In this document: one piece after another, positions 47,778 through 56,593 of the stretch
Position numbering within the stretch: position 1 is the first letter of the stretch
How the letters are laid out: the number at the start of each line of letters is the position of its first letter
DNA from: an uncultured Gammaproteobacteria bacterium
GTDB lineage: Bacteria; Patescibacteriota; Patescibacteriia; UBA9934
Assembly: GCA_964599455.1 (NCBI GenBank)
Contig: CAZREA010000003.1
Coordinates: 31,026 to 95,025 of the forward strand
Reading direction: 5' to 3'
DNA: 64,000 bases
Program-made: the position numbers and the translations under genes
Notes under the pieces: generated by a model
The model's database searches: none
Told to the model about the DNA's origin: nothing
What the model saw: the letters and a program-made list of their open reading frames with translations, nothing else

Positions 47778-49733
47778 TTAGTGCTTTTTGGCACCACCTC
47801 CGCCTTGAGAATTGTCATCCTTCCCGCCGCCGAACATCTTGGCGATGCCCAGCATGCTCAGGCCACCGCCGATGGCGAGGGCCACCCACAGGACCCGTCG
47901 CTCGACCGGGTCCATGTGCACCGGCCGGCCGATGTCATCGATCAGTCCCTGCCTGAGGGCATCGCCGCAGATGGGCTGCGCCTCCCAGTTGTGGTTCTGC
48001 TCGAACAGCTCACGGCACAGCCGGGGATGCGTGGCGATGAACGCGGCCGTGCTCTCGCGCTCTTCCGGATTGCCAGAAGCCGCGAGTCCGGTCTCGACCA
48101 TCACCACATTGTCGACCGCCAGCAGCACACCAGCGCCGAGCATCGACACGAGCGCCAAGGCGGCGAGTCCGCGCACGCCCTTCATGACCAAGGCGCTGCG
48201 GTCGCCGTGCTCGAGCGTATCGCCGGCGCCCTGCACGAGTTCGTACAGGGCAAAGCCCGCGAGCGCGGCGAGCATCAGCAGACCGACGAAGCCGCTCATC
48301 TCACCCGGGAAGCGTTTCATGGCTGCCAGGGCGGTGAGCATGGTCAGGCCGGTGATGCCGAGATTGATCATGGCCGCGCCGTTCCGCCAGCGATGATCGG
48401 GCTTGAAGGTCTCCCCAGCGCTGAAGCCGCCGAAGATGCGCCCGATCCACGCCGGCAGTGCGTTGAGTGCGAAGCCGCCTCGGCGAACCGTGTTCCGGAC
48501 CGCGTCGACGAGCAAGGATGTGACGATCGTCGCTCCCATGGTGATCGCGGCGCTGATGAACAGCGCTGCCGGGCTGAACCCTGTCCCGAAGAAGAACGCA
48601 ACCACCACCTGCAGGACGAACATCAGGCCACCAGCCACGGCGATGCCGAGCGGCATCACGATGGCGGCAGCCAGGGCAATACCCAGCCACTTGAAGATGC
48701 GTCGCCACCGCGGCGAGAGCTGCCCCTCGTTGCGGCCGGTGAACTTGCTACGCAGCCAGAGCCGCGTTTCGTCGTCCACCTGGTCGTCGAGCCAGTTGAG
48801 GACTCCGACCTTGGTGCGTCCGAAGCCGCCCAGTCGCTGCTCGCCCTCGTAGGCAACGGTCGCGGCGACCGAGGCGAGACGGCGATCGTAGAGGTCGATG
48901 ATCTCGTTGCGGAGATCGTCGTAGGGTTTACGCATGGCGCAATCGTCCAGCATCAACTTACGCCGACGCCGGACCTCGCGCGCGCTGCGACGTAGCTCGG
49001 CGAGCTCGTCCTCCGAGAGCGAAGCGGACAAAAGATCCGCGAAGCTCTCGATCATCCCCAGGGCCTCAGCCATGAGGTACGGGTTCCGTGGCTCATCGAG
49101 CACTTCGTCGAACCGCAGATTGTTGATGAGGGTGAGGCTGTCCAGGGTCTGTCGCTGTTCGGGTGAGAGCCTCTTGCGCGACGGGGCCGAGTGCAGACCG
49201 CCGCCACTGGTGACTTTGGGATCGGTCTTGTCGGGGTCGCTCATGTCGGTCCTCTGCGTGTTGATGTTGGTGGCGAGACGTTGAAGCTTGACGAGCATGG
49301 CACTGCCCGCCTGGGTGGCTCGATTGCGAACTTGGTCGAGAAGGCGCTTGAATTCCGCCTCGCTCTCGGGGAAATCTCCACCGCTTTCTTGCATGAGGAG
49401 ATCGGCATAGGCCCTCACAAAGGCGGCCAGGCCGAGGCGGATTGGGGTTGGAATTCCGTTCATTCCCTGAATCCGTTCTCTGCCACTAGCGGCAAGGAAG
49501 CGCACAAGCGACTTCCCCAATGTCGGCGATGCACGATAGGCCATGAGGATCATCTCATGCACCATGTTGATGATGCTGTCGGGGCCCGCACGTTCACCAA
49601 GAGCCCGGAGGCGCTCGGTGATCCACGGTTCGAGGAGCACCATGATGGCGTCCTCGACATTTTCGCCGCGCTCACGTCTGTGCAGGAGAGCTGCGATAGC
49701 TCCCGAAAAATCGCCAGGAAAAGAAGCGTCCAT
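47778..49733 (-). CDS. Hypothetical GC-rich multi-TM protein (651 aa)
   Basis: AGGAG SD; soluble helical N-half, about 7 TM in the C-half; G/C-ending codons. Confidence 0.75.
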   Translation of the reverse strand: MDASFPGDFSGAIAALLHRRERGENVEDAIMVLLEPWITERLRALGERAGPDSIINMVHEMILMAYRASPTLGKSLVRFLAASGRERIQGMNGIPTPIRLGLAAFVRAYADLLMQESGGDFPESEAEFKRLLDQVRNRATQAGSAMLVKLQRLATNINTQRTDMSDPDKTDPKVTSGGGLHSAPSRKRLSPEQRQTLDSLTLINNLRFDEVLDEPRNPYLMAEALGMIESFADLLSASLSEDELAELRRSAREVRRRRKLMLDDCAMRKPYDDLRNEIIDLYDRRLASVAATVAYEGEQRLGGFGRTKVGVLNWLDDQVDDETRLWLRSKFTGRNEGQLSPRWRRIFKWLGIALAAAIVMPLGIAVAGGLMFVLQVVVAFFFGTGFSPAALFISAAITMGATIVTSLLVDAVRNTVRRGGFALNALPAWIGRIFGGFSAGETFKPDHRWRNGAAMINLGITGLTMLTALAAMKRFPGEMSGFVGLLMLAALAGFALYELVQGAGDTLEHGDRSALVMKGVRGLAALALVSMLGAGVLLAVDNVVMVETGLAASGNPEERESTAAFIATHPRLCRELFEQNHNWEAQPICGDALRQGLIDDIGRPVHMDPVERRVLWVALAIGGGLSMLGIAKMFGGGKDDNSQGGGGAKKH

Positions 49734-50044
49734 GGGAATCTCCTAAGCCCTGAGGGCTTCTTGATGTGAGACGAAGGTGCTCGAGGAGCAAGGGCATGAC
49801 GCCCTGTGGGGAGAAGGGGATCTTCTCCTCGATGACTCAACCCTAGCAGATGAAAGGTACTTGCCAAGAGACAGGGGGGATAAGGAGCAGATGCGTGCTC
49901 CAAAAACCAACTGATCATTGACCGGACATCGTACATGTTTTTGGTATTTTTTCAAGTTTCAGGCCAATGCGTTCTTTGTGTATAAGAAAAAGGAATGATT
50001 TGTATCTCTGCGCGAATTCCGTCATACTGTAAAAAAATATCTTT

Positions 50045-50947
50045 ATGCAATGTACATCCTGCGGAAAGGCCATTGGTGCAAATGATAAATTCTGTACAAG
50101 TTGCGGGTATCCCGTCAGTTCGGCGCCACTTGCTCCCTCGGCTACGTCGGCTGAGACCACCTCGGGTTCTTCGGGACCGGGAGATTGGCTAAAGAATAAT
50201 GCAAAGCTCGTCATCAGAGTGATGATCGTTGTTGGAATATTGGTCATCGGAGCCTATTTTTCGCAAGATGATCAGGCGATTGAAACAAATAACCAGGCAC
50301 TCGATAATTTTGACTTAGGAAATAATACGGAAGCTATTGAGCAGTTTAAGGACGCTGCAGATCAAGCGGTTACCGACGAAACCAAGCTCGATACACTCGT
50401 CAATCTCGCTTACGTCTATTGGACTGATGGGCAAAGCGAGCTTGCACTACAAACTTTTAAAGAAGCACTCGCGCTCACCAAACCAGAATCATTTGATTAC
50501 CATCTTCTTTCTGGAGAAATTGCCCTTGAAGAAAATAATCCTGCGGCAGCCGAGGAGCATTATCTCAAAGCATATGAGATGAATCCGGAGGATTATCAAA
50601 TAACGAATTCTTTAGCACTCTTCTATCTCGATCTCGATAGCGTTGCTCCAGAATATACCGATTACCCTAAAGCCTTAACCTTCGCCAAAAAAGCTGATGC
50701 ATTATCAGATCTTAAAATGGCAGAAGAAAATCTTGCTATCGCTCATTATTTCAATAATGAATTTGATGAAACGATTCGTTTGTTAAAAACACGTGACTTC
50801 ACCGTAAGTCCTACGCTTGCCATTTGGCTCGGTCTTGCTTATCTAGGAAAAGATGATGAAGTTAATGCAAAATACTACTTTAAACTTGGTATAGAGAATG
50901 GCGCCGATGCTCCGCAGGAAATTATCGATTACGTGAATCAAGAATAA
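50045..50947 (+). CDS. Zinc-ribbon plus TM plus TPR protein
   Basis: CTSCG...FCTSCG; TPR-like helices (AEEHYLKAYEMNP). Confidence 0.85.
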   Translation: MQCTSCGKAIGANDKFCTSCGYPVSSAPLAPSATSAETTSGSSGPGDWLKNNAKLVIRVMIVVGILVIGAYFSQDDQAIETNNQALDNFDLGNNTEAIEQFKDAADQAVTDETKLDTLVNLAYVYWTDGQSELALQTFKEALALTKPESFDYHLLSGEIALEENNPAAAEEHYLKAYEMNPEDYQITNSLALFYLDLDSVAPEYTDYPKALTFAKKADALSDLKMAEENLAIAHYFNNEFDETIRLLKTRDFTVSPTLAIWLGLAYLGKDDEVNAKYYFKLGIENGADAPQEIIDYVNQE

Positions 50948-51005
50948 ACTTCATCATAAAAACACCTCAGTTTCTCTGAGGTGTTTTTGTGTTCCGATGA
51001 AAAGT

Positions 51006-52271
51006 CTATATATTTATCAGAGCATTTTGCTTTGTTGAGATTACACTGAGCGCAAGGAAAAATGCGGTGAGCATTGCTAAATCGTTTTTAAAGAAAGGAA
51101 CATCAACCAATCCATGAATGCACATGGTGAGGAGCGCGGCTCCAGCTGCAAGCACAAAAGGATCGTGGCGATTGTTCCATACCTGTTTGGCGACAAGCCA
51201 GATAAAAAGAAGGAGCGCGATAACACCGAGTAATCCAAGTTCTGACCAGAAATTTAAAAGAATATTGTGCGGATATTGGAAAATTTCGTATTGCCAGTCG
51301 GTGTGATAGGGGCGCAGTGCATTGGGATAATTTCCCAATCCTGATCCGGTGATTGGATGATCTTTTAATAACGCAATCGTTTCTTTCCATTGCGACAGAC
51401 GAACCTGGCCCGAATAATCTTGTAAGAAGATTTTTGTTCGTATCGGTTCGATAGCCAACGATCCAAGGCCGACGATGAGAAGGGAAGTGATGAGGAGATA
51501 TTTTTTTGTGCGAGAAAGTTGAGGAGAAAGGAGTGTGGTAATGACAAGTGCGACAGGAATGGCGATGAACGCGGCTTCGGTTTTTGCGAGTACAATTGCA
51601 ATGCTTGATAACATGATGATGATCATCATGGAAATCATTTTGGCGCCGTACAGACGGTCCGGTGGGCCGTCTCTTTGCTCGCGGCTCGCCGCAACCAAAA
51701 CAACACACGCCGAAACGATCGGTGCCAAAAACAATCCCAGCGCATTTGGATAATCGAACACGCTTGTTATCCGTTTTTCACTATCCCACGGTGCGGGAAT
51801 ACCAAAGCCGGTGATCCACTGCACAATACCGAGAAGCGAAATGACAAATGCGCTTATTCCTAAAGTAAATAAAGCAGATTTCGCATCACGCTCGTCACGA
51901 ATCGTTGTGCGGATAATGGCGAAAAAGAGGATCGGTTCAATAAAATACGCTTTCCAAATCCCCAATGCATCAAAAAGGTGTTCACTCGGAACGATCGTGA
52001 CTGCAAAACAGGAAGCGGCTAATAAAAGGAGAATGGGCGTTCGGTATGGACCAAAAATCGACAGCCATTGCACGCGTCGACCATCGTGTTTGAAAAACCA
52101 AACAATAAAAAGAATTCCAAAAAGCACTTCGAGCATCGTGGTCGGAATCGGACCGAGGGAAAAGCGGATGAGATACGTGGGAAGAAGTGCGAGAAAAAGA
52201 AAAAGTGCTGAACGAAAATCTTTCAAAGAAAGAAGGAGAAAGCAAAATGAGAGAAGGATGACGATCAACAT
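51006..52271 (-). CDS. O-antigen ligase/polymerase (Wzy_C) family protein
   Basis: YPNALG, R...W...HPITGSGLGNY, YPHNILLNFWSELG; start re-assigned to MLIVILL. Confidence 0.9.
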   Translation of the reverse strand: MLIVILLSFCFLLLSLKDFRSALFLFLALLPTYLIRFSLGPIPTTMLEVLFGILFIVWFFKHDGRRVQWLSIFGPYRTPILLLLAASCFAVTIVPSEHLFDALGIWKAYFIEPILFFAIIRTTIRDERDAKSALFTLGISAFVISLLGIVQWITGFGIPAPWDSEKRITSVFDYPNALGLFLAPIVSACVVLVAASREQRDGPPDRLYGAKMISMMIIIMLSSIAIVLAKTEAAFIAIPVALVITTLLSPQLSRTKKYLLITSLLIVGLGSLAIEPIRTKIFLQDYSGQVRLSQWKETIALLKDHPITGSGLGNYPNALRPYHTDWQYEIFQYPHNILLNFWSELGLLGVIALLLFIWLVAKQVWNNRHDPFVLAAGAALLTMCIHGLVDVPFFKNDLAMLTAFFLALSVISTKQNALINI

Positions 52272-52287
52272 AATGTTTACAAGGTCC

Positions 52288-52315
52288 TTGACGCAGAAAG
52301 AAAAGATGGTAAAGT
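52288..52315 (+). promoter_or_regulatory. Promoter of RNA module B
   Basis: TTGACG-16 nt-TAAAGT with TGn extension. Confidence 0.65.
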
Positions 52316-52321
52316 GAACAT

Positions 52322-52403
52322 ACAATCTTGGTTGTAATACCAAAGTGATTGGTGTCATAAATGTACTCCCCTTCAATAAAGAAGTGGGAGTGCATTTATT
52401 TTT
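52322..52403 (+). ncRNA. Putative anti-tRNA leader sRNA B
   Basis: ACAATCTTGGTTG (13 nt) and GATTGGTGTCA (11 nt) are perfect reverse complements of tRNA-like B segments; ends in the ATAAATGTACTCCC/GGGAGTGCATTTAT hairpin plus U-tract. Confidence 0.78.
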
Positions 52404-52404
52404 A

Positions 52405-52475
52405 GGGCCTGGGTTTGGCAACCAAGATTGTTTTGACACCAATCTCTCCGGGTTCGACTCCCGGCAGGTCCACCA
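52405..52475 (+). tRNA. Non-canonical tRNA B: Ala acceptor identity, reduced D arm, 9-nt loop TTTTGACAC
   Basis: GGGCCTG/CAGGTCC with G3.U70, A73, CCA; T arm CCGGG-TTCGACT-CCCGG; anticodon stem GATTG/CAATC; 71 nt. Confidence 0.8.
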
Positions 52476-52508
52476 CCACCTTCTAGCTTCGGTTAGAAGG
52501 TGGTGTTT
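52474..52508. terminator. Terminator after tRNA-like B (overlaps the flippase 3' end)
   Basis: CACCACCTTCTAGC-TTCG-GTTAGAAGGTGGTG-TTT. Confidence 0.8.
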
Positions 52509-53934
52509 CTAAAAGGAGCTTGCGAATATCTTTAACCGTGGGTCCGCCGATGCGTCCCAACGTCATCACATATACTATACCGCCAATAAGTATCAAGACC
52601 ACAACTTGAAGCCAGGCGATATTTCCAAACGACAGTGAACGTAAAGCGAGAAGGATGATAGTCATGACAACGCTGGCACCAACGACACGCCAGAGCATTT
52701 TAAGGGAAGGAAGGTGTGTTGTAGAACGATAAATCACCGAAAAAGCCAAGATGGCAATCGCGCTTTCACACACGAGTGTTGTCAGGGCGGCACCCCATGC
52801 GCCCCACGCATCAATGAGCAACCAGTAACTTACGATGCCTAAAAGTGCAACCAAAAGATAATTCCATAACATCCGTCGTTGCGCTTGCACGGCTACAACC
52901 ACATGTCCGTACAACGATCCAAAAAAGACGACGACCGCTGCGGGAATTAGCACCCACAATAATTGCCCGGCAAGGGTGAGATCACTCTTTACTGCTTCCA
53001 TTAAAGGCACGCCAAGCACCCATGCTCCAAACATGCACGGGATAGCAACGATGCAGAACACGTCGAACGTCTGCTGTAATCGACGCATGAACATCTCTTT
53101 ATCTCCACCCGACCAGGCATTGGTCAGCATCGGCAAAAGTAATCCCATGAAGGTCACCGGAATCATCGTGAGTACATCAACGACTTTATAGGCCGATCCG
53201 TACTGTCCAATCTCCCAATCAGATCTCCCCAAAAACCACATGAATAAAATGTCACCTTTTAAATAGAGTAGATTAAAAAAGATCGAAAGGCCGATCGGTG
53301 AGCTACGACGGATGATCTCTTTCCAAAGGGGTACATCAAATTGCGGAGAGAAATCAACATATTTTTTTGCTGCCGCCAGCATGATAACGAGATTGAGAAA
53401 CGATCCCAGCGTGAATGCGGCCGTTGCCCACCACAGCGATCCCTGCCAAACGCCAACCAGAATAACTCCAGCCATCGCAACTAAGCGCCCGACCATTTCT
53501 GCAATAACCGGTGTGACAAGTGAAAGACGTTTTTGAAAAACACCTAAAAACATCTGTCCGATCGCGCTAAAGAAATACGTTACTGATGCGATACAGATGA
53601 GCGGAAAAACATTGTCATTCTGCGGAATGAAAAAGGCGGACAGCGGTGCCAGTGCCATGAAAAAGAGGGCACTAACAACGCGAAGTGAAAACAGATTGCC
53701 GAGAATTCGTTTTTCATCAGCTCCGTGTTCGGAAATCATCTGCGTGGTTGTGATGGTAAGTCCGAAGTCTACGATCACGGAAAAAAGCGTGACGTAGGTT
53801 AATGCCGTCGTAAAAACTCCATACCCATCCGTCCCAAAAACATGCAGTAAAAGATAAAACGTCGCCAGACCAAAAAAAACACCAAGAATTTTACCGGTTA
53901 TTTGCAACAGTGAGCTCCGCGCTAAAGAAGGCAT
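52483..53934 (-). CDS. Wzx-like polysaccharide flippase
   Basis: About 13-14 TM; YG.F, VDFGL, IGQYGSAYKVV, WGAWGAA. Confidence 0.9.
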   Translation of the reverse strand: MPSLARSSLLQITGKILGVFFGLATFYLLLHVFGTDGYGVFTTALTYVTLFSVIVDFGLTITTTQMISEHGADEKRILGNLFSLRVVSALFFMALAPLSAFFIPQNDNVFPLICIASVTYFFSAIGQMFLGVFQKRLSLVTPVIAEMVGRLVAMAGVILVGVWQGSLWWATAAFTLGSFLNLVIMLAAAKKYVDFSPQFDVPLWKEIIRRSSPIGLSIFFNLLYLKGDILFMWFLGRSDWEIGQYGSAYKVVDVLTMIPVTFMGLLLPMLTNAWSGGDKEMFMRRLQQTFDVFCIVAIPCMFGAWVLGVPLMEAVKSDLTLAGQLLWVLIPAAVVVFFGSLYGHVVVAVQAQRRMLWNYLLVALLGIVSYWLLIDAWGAWGAALTTLVCESAIAILAFSVIYRSTTHLPSLKMLWRVVGASVVMTIILLALRSLSFGNIAWLQVVVLILIGGIVYVMTLGRIGGPTVKDIRKLLLETPPSNRS

Positions 53935-54087
53935 GGAGGTAGTATAGCCACATTTTTGACCAAAGTGCATTTTTCTGCTAATATCATTGGTTACTCTGAT
54001 GTTAGAAGAAACTCACCAACTTCAGTATTTTTCAGATAATGGTGTTGGTGGGTTTCTCCTGTTCAACTTCCCAATAGAGGTGCTCGC

Positions 54088-54624
54088 ATGCAGGTTTCCC
54101 TCCCTACGCTTTCCGTTTTCGCGTTCATCATGGTTACCATTGGTACGCTCATCGGCAACCGCGTCGGTTCCCGCGAGATCACCCTGCCCGACGACTGCGA
54201 GCAGTTCAGCGTCAGCGCGCTCAAGGCGCTGGTCATCGCGCACGACACGCGGCAGCAGTGCTTGCGCGTGGTGCAGGACCCGAGCCTTCACATGATGTGC
54301 CACGGCGAGATCCCTTCTCTGGACCTCACCACGGAATGCTGGGACATCATCGTCCAGACAGACGATCTGCAGGAATTCGCCTGGGCGCGGGTCGGAATCA
54401 TGGCGACCGACCGGCTCATGGAGGACATGGATAGCTACGACGACTCCATGCCGGAGGACGACGAGTTCGACACGGGCATCGACGGCGGCGAGTCGACCGA
54501 CACTTTCCGTCGAGACTGGGACCAGCCCAGCTACGGCTCCGGCAACGACCAGGACTGGGAGGCCGCCGCGCCGGAGGAGATCTCCGTCGATCCGACGGTG
54601 GCAGCTCAGATCAAGTGGCTCTGA
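54088..54624 (+). CDS. Hypothetical GC-rich membrane-anchored acidic protein
   Basis: GAGGTG SD; TTGACC-17-TAATAT promoter at 53956-53984; N-terminal TM, 4 Cys, D/E-rich tail; terminator at about 54657-54710. Confidence 0.7.
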   Translation: MQVSLPTLSVFAFIMVTIGTLIGNRVGSREITLPDDCEQFSVSALKALVIAHDTRQQCLRVVQDPSLHMMCHGEIPSLDLTTECWDIIVQTDDLQEFAWARVGIMATDRLMEDMDSYDDSMPEDDEFDTGIDGGESTDTFRRDWDQPSYGSGNDQDWEAAAPEEISVDPTVAAQIKWL

Positions 54625-54723
54625 GCCACGATCCACTTCTCACGCACTTACGTGCCAAAGACGCCCGCCCCGCGAGCGCCCTCGGCTCGTGGGTGCGTCT
54701 TTGTTTTTGTTGTGTATGTATTT

Positions 54724-54752
54724 TTGACAAAGAATAAAACTTTTGTTCAAAT
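54724..54752 (+). promoter_or_regulatory. Promoter of RNA module C
   Basis: TTGACA-17 nt-TCAAAT; homologous to the module A promoter. Confidence 0.65.
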
Positions 54753-54759
54753 AAAAGTA

Positions 54760-54843
54760 TCAGATGAAGGATTTTTTCCTTTACCTCTGGTACCAGCAAA
54801 TCTCCCCAAATCCATATTTTTGGATTTTGGGGATTTTTGTTTT
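54760..54843 (+). ncRNA. Putative anti-tRNA leader sRNA C
   Basis: TCAGATGAAG is the reverse complement of 54868-54877; CCTCTGGTACCAGC pairs with 54878-54891 (one G.U); same terminator hairpin family as A. Confidence 0.78.
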
Positions 54844-54845
54844 AT

Positions 54846-54921
54846 GGGGGTGTGGAAGAAACGGTCTCTTCATCTGAGTTGGTACCAGAGGAAGCCGGTT
54901 CGACTCCGGTCACCTCCACCA
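54846..54921 (+). tRNA. Non-canonical tRNA C: Ala acceptor identity, 9-nt loop AGTTGGTAC (GGT/Thr or TGG/Pro register)
   Basis: GGGGGTG/CACCTCC with G3.U70, A73, CCA; D arm identical to A; T arm GCCGG-TTCGACT-CCGGT. Confidence 0.85.
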
Positions 54922-54960
54922 CCCTCGTTTGAGATTTCCTCGGGCGAGGGTTTTGTTTTT
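54921..54960 (+). terminator. Terminator after tRNA-like C
   Basis: ACCCTCGTTTGAG-ATTTC-CTCGGGCGAGGGT-TTTGTTTTT. Confidence 0.85.
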
Positions 54961-55197
54961 GTGTAAATGAGCAGTTCATAGATATAGCTAATATCAGCTA
55001 TATTATCGAGTTATACACTTGTAAAAAGGGCTTTTTTGTGCTATAGTAGATTGTTACTATGGAGGAAGAAGTGACAGGCTGACTCCGTATTTCCCACCAC
55101 GTAACGTGATGATCAGTACGGAGTCTTTCTGTTTCTCAATCCAAAGTAATCCATTCGCCAATCACCACATTCACGGCCACGGGCCCAGGAAAAGATC

Positions 55198-55899
55198 ATG
55201 CGTAGCATTCTGGCCACTCTTCTTCTCGCCGTTGTCTCCACCGCCTGCTCTCCCTCGGACTACAAGATCGTCCCGGAAGAGAAGGCGGAGTACGACGTCG
55301 AGGAAGGAGAAGAGCCGACGGAGACCGAAGGGGCAACCACCACGGTCTCGGAGCCGACCGAGGAGGTCGACGCTGGCACCGCGTCCGAAGAGAACGAGGA
55401 GAGCTGCGAGCCGACCGGTCCTGAGCTCTGCGACGGGATCGACAACGACTGTGACGGCTACATCGACGAGGGCGACGCCGCGGACGCGCAGTCGTGGTAC
55501 GCCGACCTCGACGGTGACGGCTATGGCGGTGGCGACAGCATCGTCGCCTGCGCTCCGCCGCGCGGCTACGTCGACAATGCCGACGACTGCAACGACGAGG
55601 ACGAGGACACCTACCCAGGCGCCCTCGAGCTGTGCGACTTCGCGGACAACGACTGTGATGGCTTGGCCGAATTCGAGGATCCAGATGCGGTCGACTTCAT
55701 CTATCACGATGACGACGACAACGACGGATTCGGTGCGATGTTCGGTGATGGCGGCTTCGGCTGTTCCATCTACGGAAGCATCCCCGAAGGCCACGCGCGG
55801 TCGGGCGATGACTGTGACGACTCACTTGCAACCGTAAACCCGGCGGCAAGCGAAACCGTCAACGGCATCGACGACGACTGTGACGGCACCGTCGACTGA
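55198..55899 (+). CDS. Lipoprotein with MopE-like putative metal-binding repeats
   Basis: Lipobox STAC; three ELCDGIDNDCDG-type repeats; YADLDGDGYG; GC-rich. Confidence 0.9.
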   Translation: MRSILATLLLAVVSTACSPSDYKIVPEEKAEYDVEEGEEPTETEGATTTVSEPTEEVDAGTASEENEESCEPTGPELCDGIDNDCDGYIDEGDAADAQSWYADLDGDGYGGGDSIVACAPPRGYVDNADDCNDEDEDTYPGALELCDFADNDCDGLAEFEDPDAVDFIYHDDDDNDGFGAMFGDGGFGCSIYGSIPEGHARSGDDCDDSLATVNPAASETVNGIDDDCDGTVD

Positions 55900-56067
55900 C
55901 ACGTTCCGCCACAGCATCTTGCGGGGCACGCCCGGCAGCTGCCGGGCACGTCCTGAATGTCGTCGCAACGACGTTCAGGGCCCATCCGCATGCATGACAT
56001 TTCTCCTCCAGATGTCGTGCCTGCAGATGGGACGATACATATTCTAAGTTTCAAGAAGGAGATTTCG

Positions 56068-56424
56068 ATGCTTCTAGAAAATGTCGCATTCATAGCCACA
56101 GTGTTCTTTCTGGGAACGGTGGGAATGATCGAAGCCTGGCGCTATAGCTCCAGGAAGCCCTACGGAATGCTTGTTCGACTTCTCGCTGAACATGGCGTCC
56201 CGTTGGGGATCGTGATGCTGTTGGTCGGTTTCGACTTCGCCAGTTCCACGTTCCCCAACCCCGCCAAGATCAGTCAGGAATCACTATTGCTGGGGCGTAT
56301 CGCTCCCGCACTCATGATCGGTCTGGTCTGTACCTTCGGCTGGGTCCTTGTAGGCCTACCGAAGATAAGGGCTGCATGGAAAGAAGGGCAACGGCGCGCG
56401 AAGCTCTTCGATCATTGGCGCTGA
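56068..56424 (+). CDS. Hypothetical 3-TM protein
   Basis: AAGGAG SD before MLLENV; hydrophobic segments. Confidence 0.6.
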   Translation: MLLENVAFIATVFFLGTVGMIEAWRYSSRKPYGMLVRLLAEHGVPLGIVMLLVGFDFASSTFPNPAKISQESLLLGRIAPALMIGLVCTFGWVLVGLPKIRAAWKEGQRRAKLFDHWR

Positions 56425-56593
56425 TCTATCGCCACACGTCCCGGATACCGCTGAGCTAACGTTCGCGGTGTCCGGGGACCCTCTTTTCTTATGACGGAAA
56501 CGTCGTGATGGAAGAGGGTTTACCACCCTCGCCTATCTTGTATAAGCGAGGGTGTTTGTTTTGCTATACTTATCCTATCTTAAATAAGGGTGT

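Noticed and set aside
47580-48995. 471-aa plus-strand ORF
   Set aside because: Antisense shadow of the GC-rich minus-strand gene, which has the SD, TM pattern and codon bias.
52272-52442. N-terminal extension of the O-antigen ligase
   Set aside because: It is the antisense of RNA module B; the hydrophobic protein begins at 52271.
52405-52475. tRNA-like genes as tmRNA or two-piece tmRNA
   Set aside because: They share G3.U70 and a TCCACCA end with tmRNA, but are closed 71-76-nt cloverleafs with no tag ORF or pseudoknots, and occur in three copies.
54846-54921. tRNA-like genes as integrase att remnants or decayed pseudo-tRNAs
   Set aside because: Full length with own promoter and terminators, compensated stems and covarying leaders; no integrase nearby.
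54022-55837. Alternative ORFs 54022-54636(-), 55106-55837(+), 55171-55794(-)
   Set aside because: Shadow frames expected in high-GC3 genes; the chosen frames have SD or lipobox and recognisable repeats.
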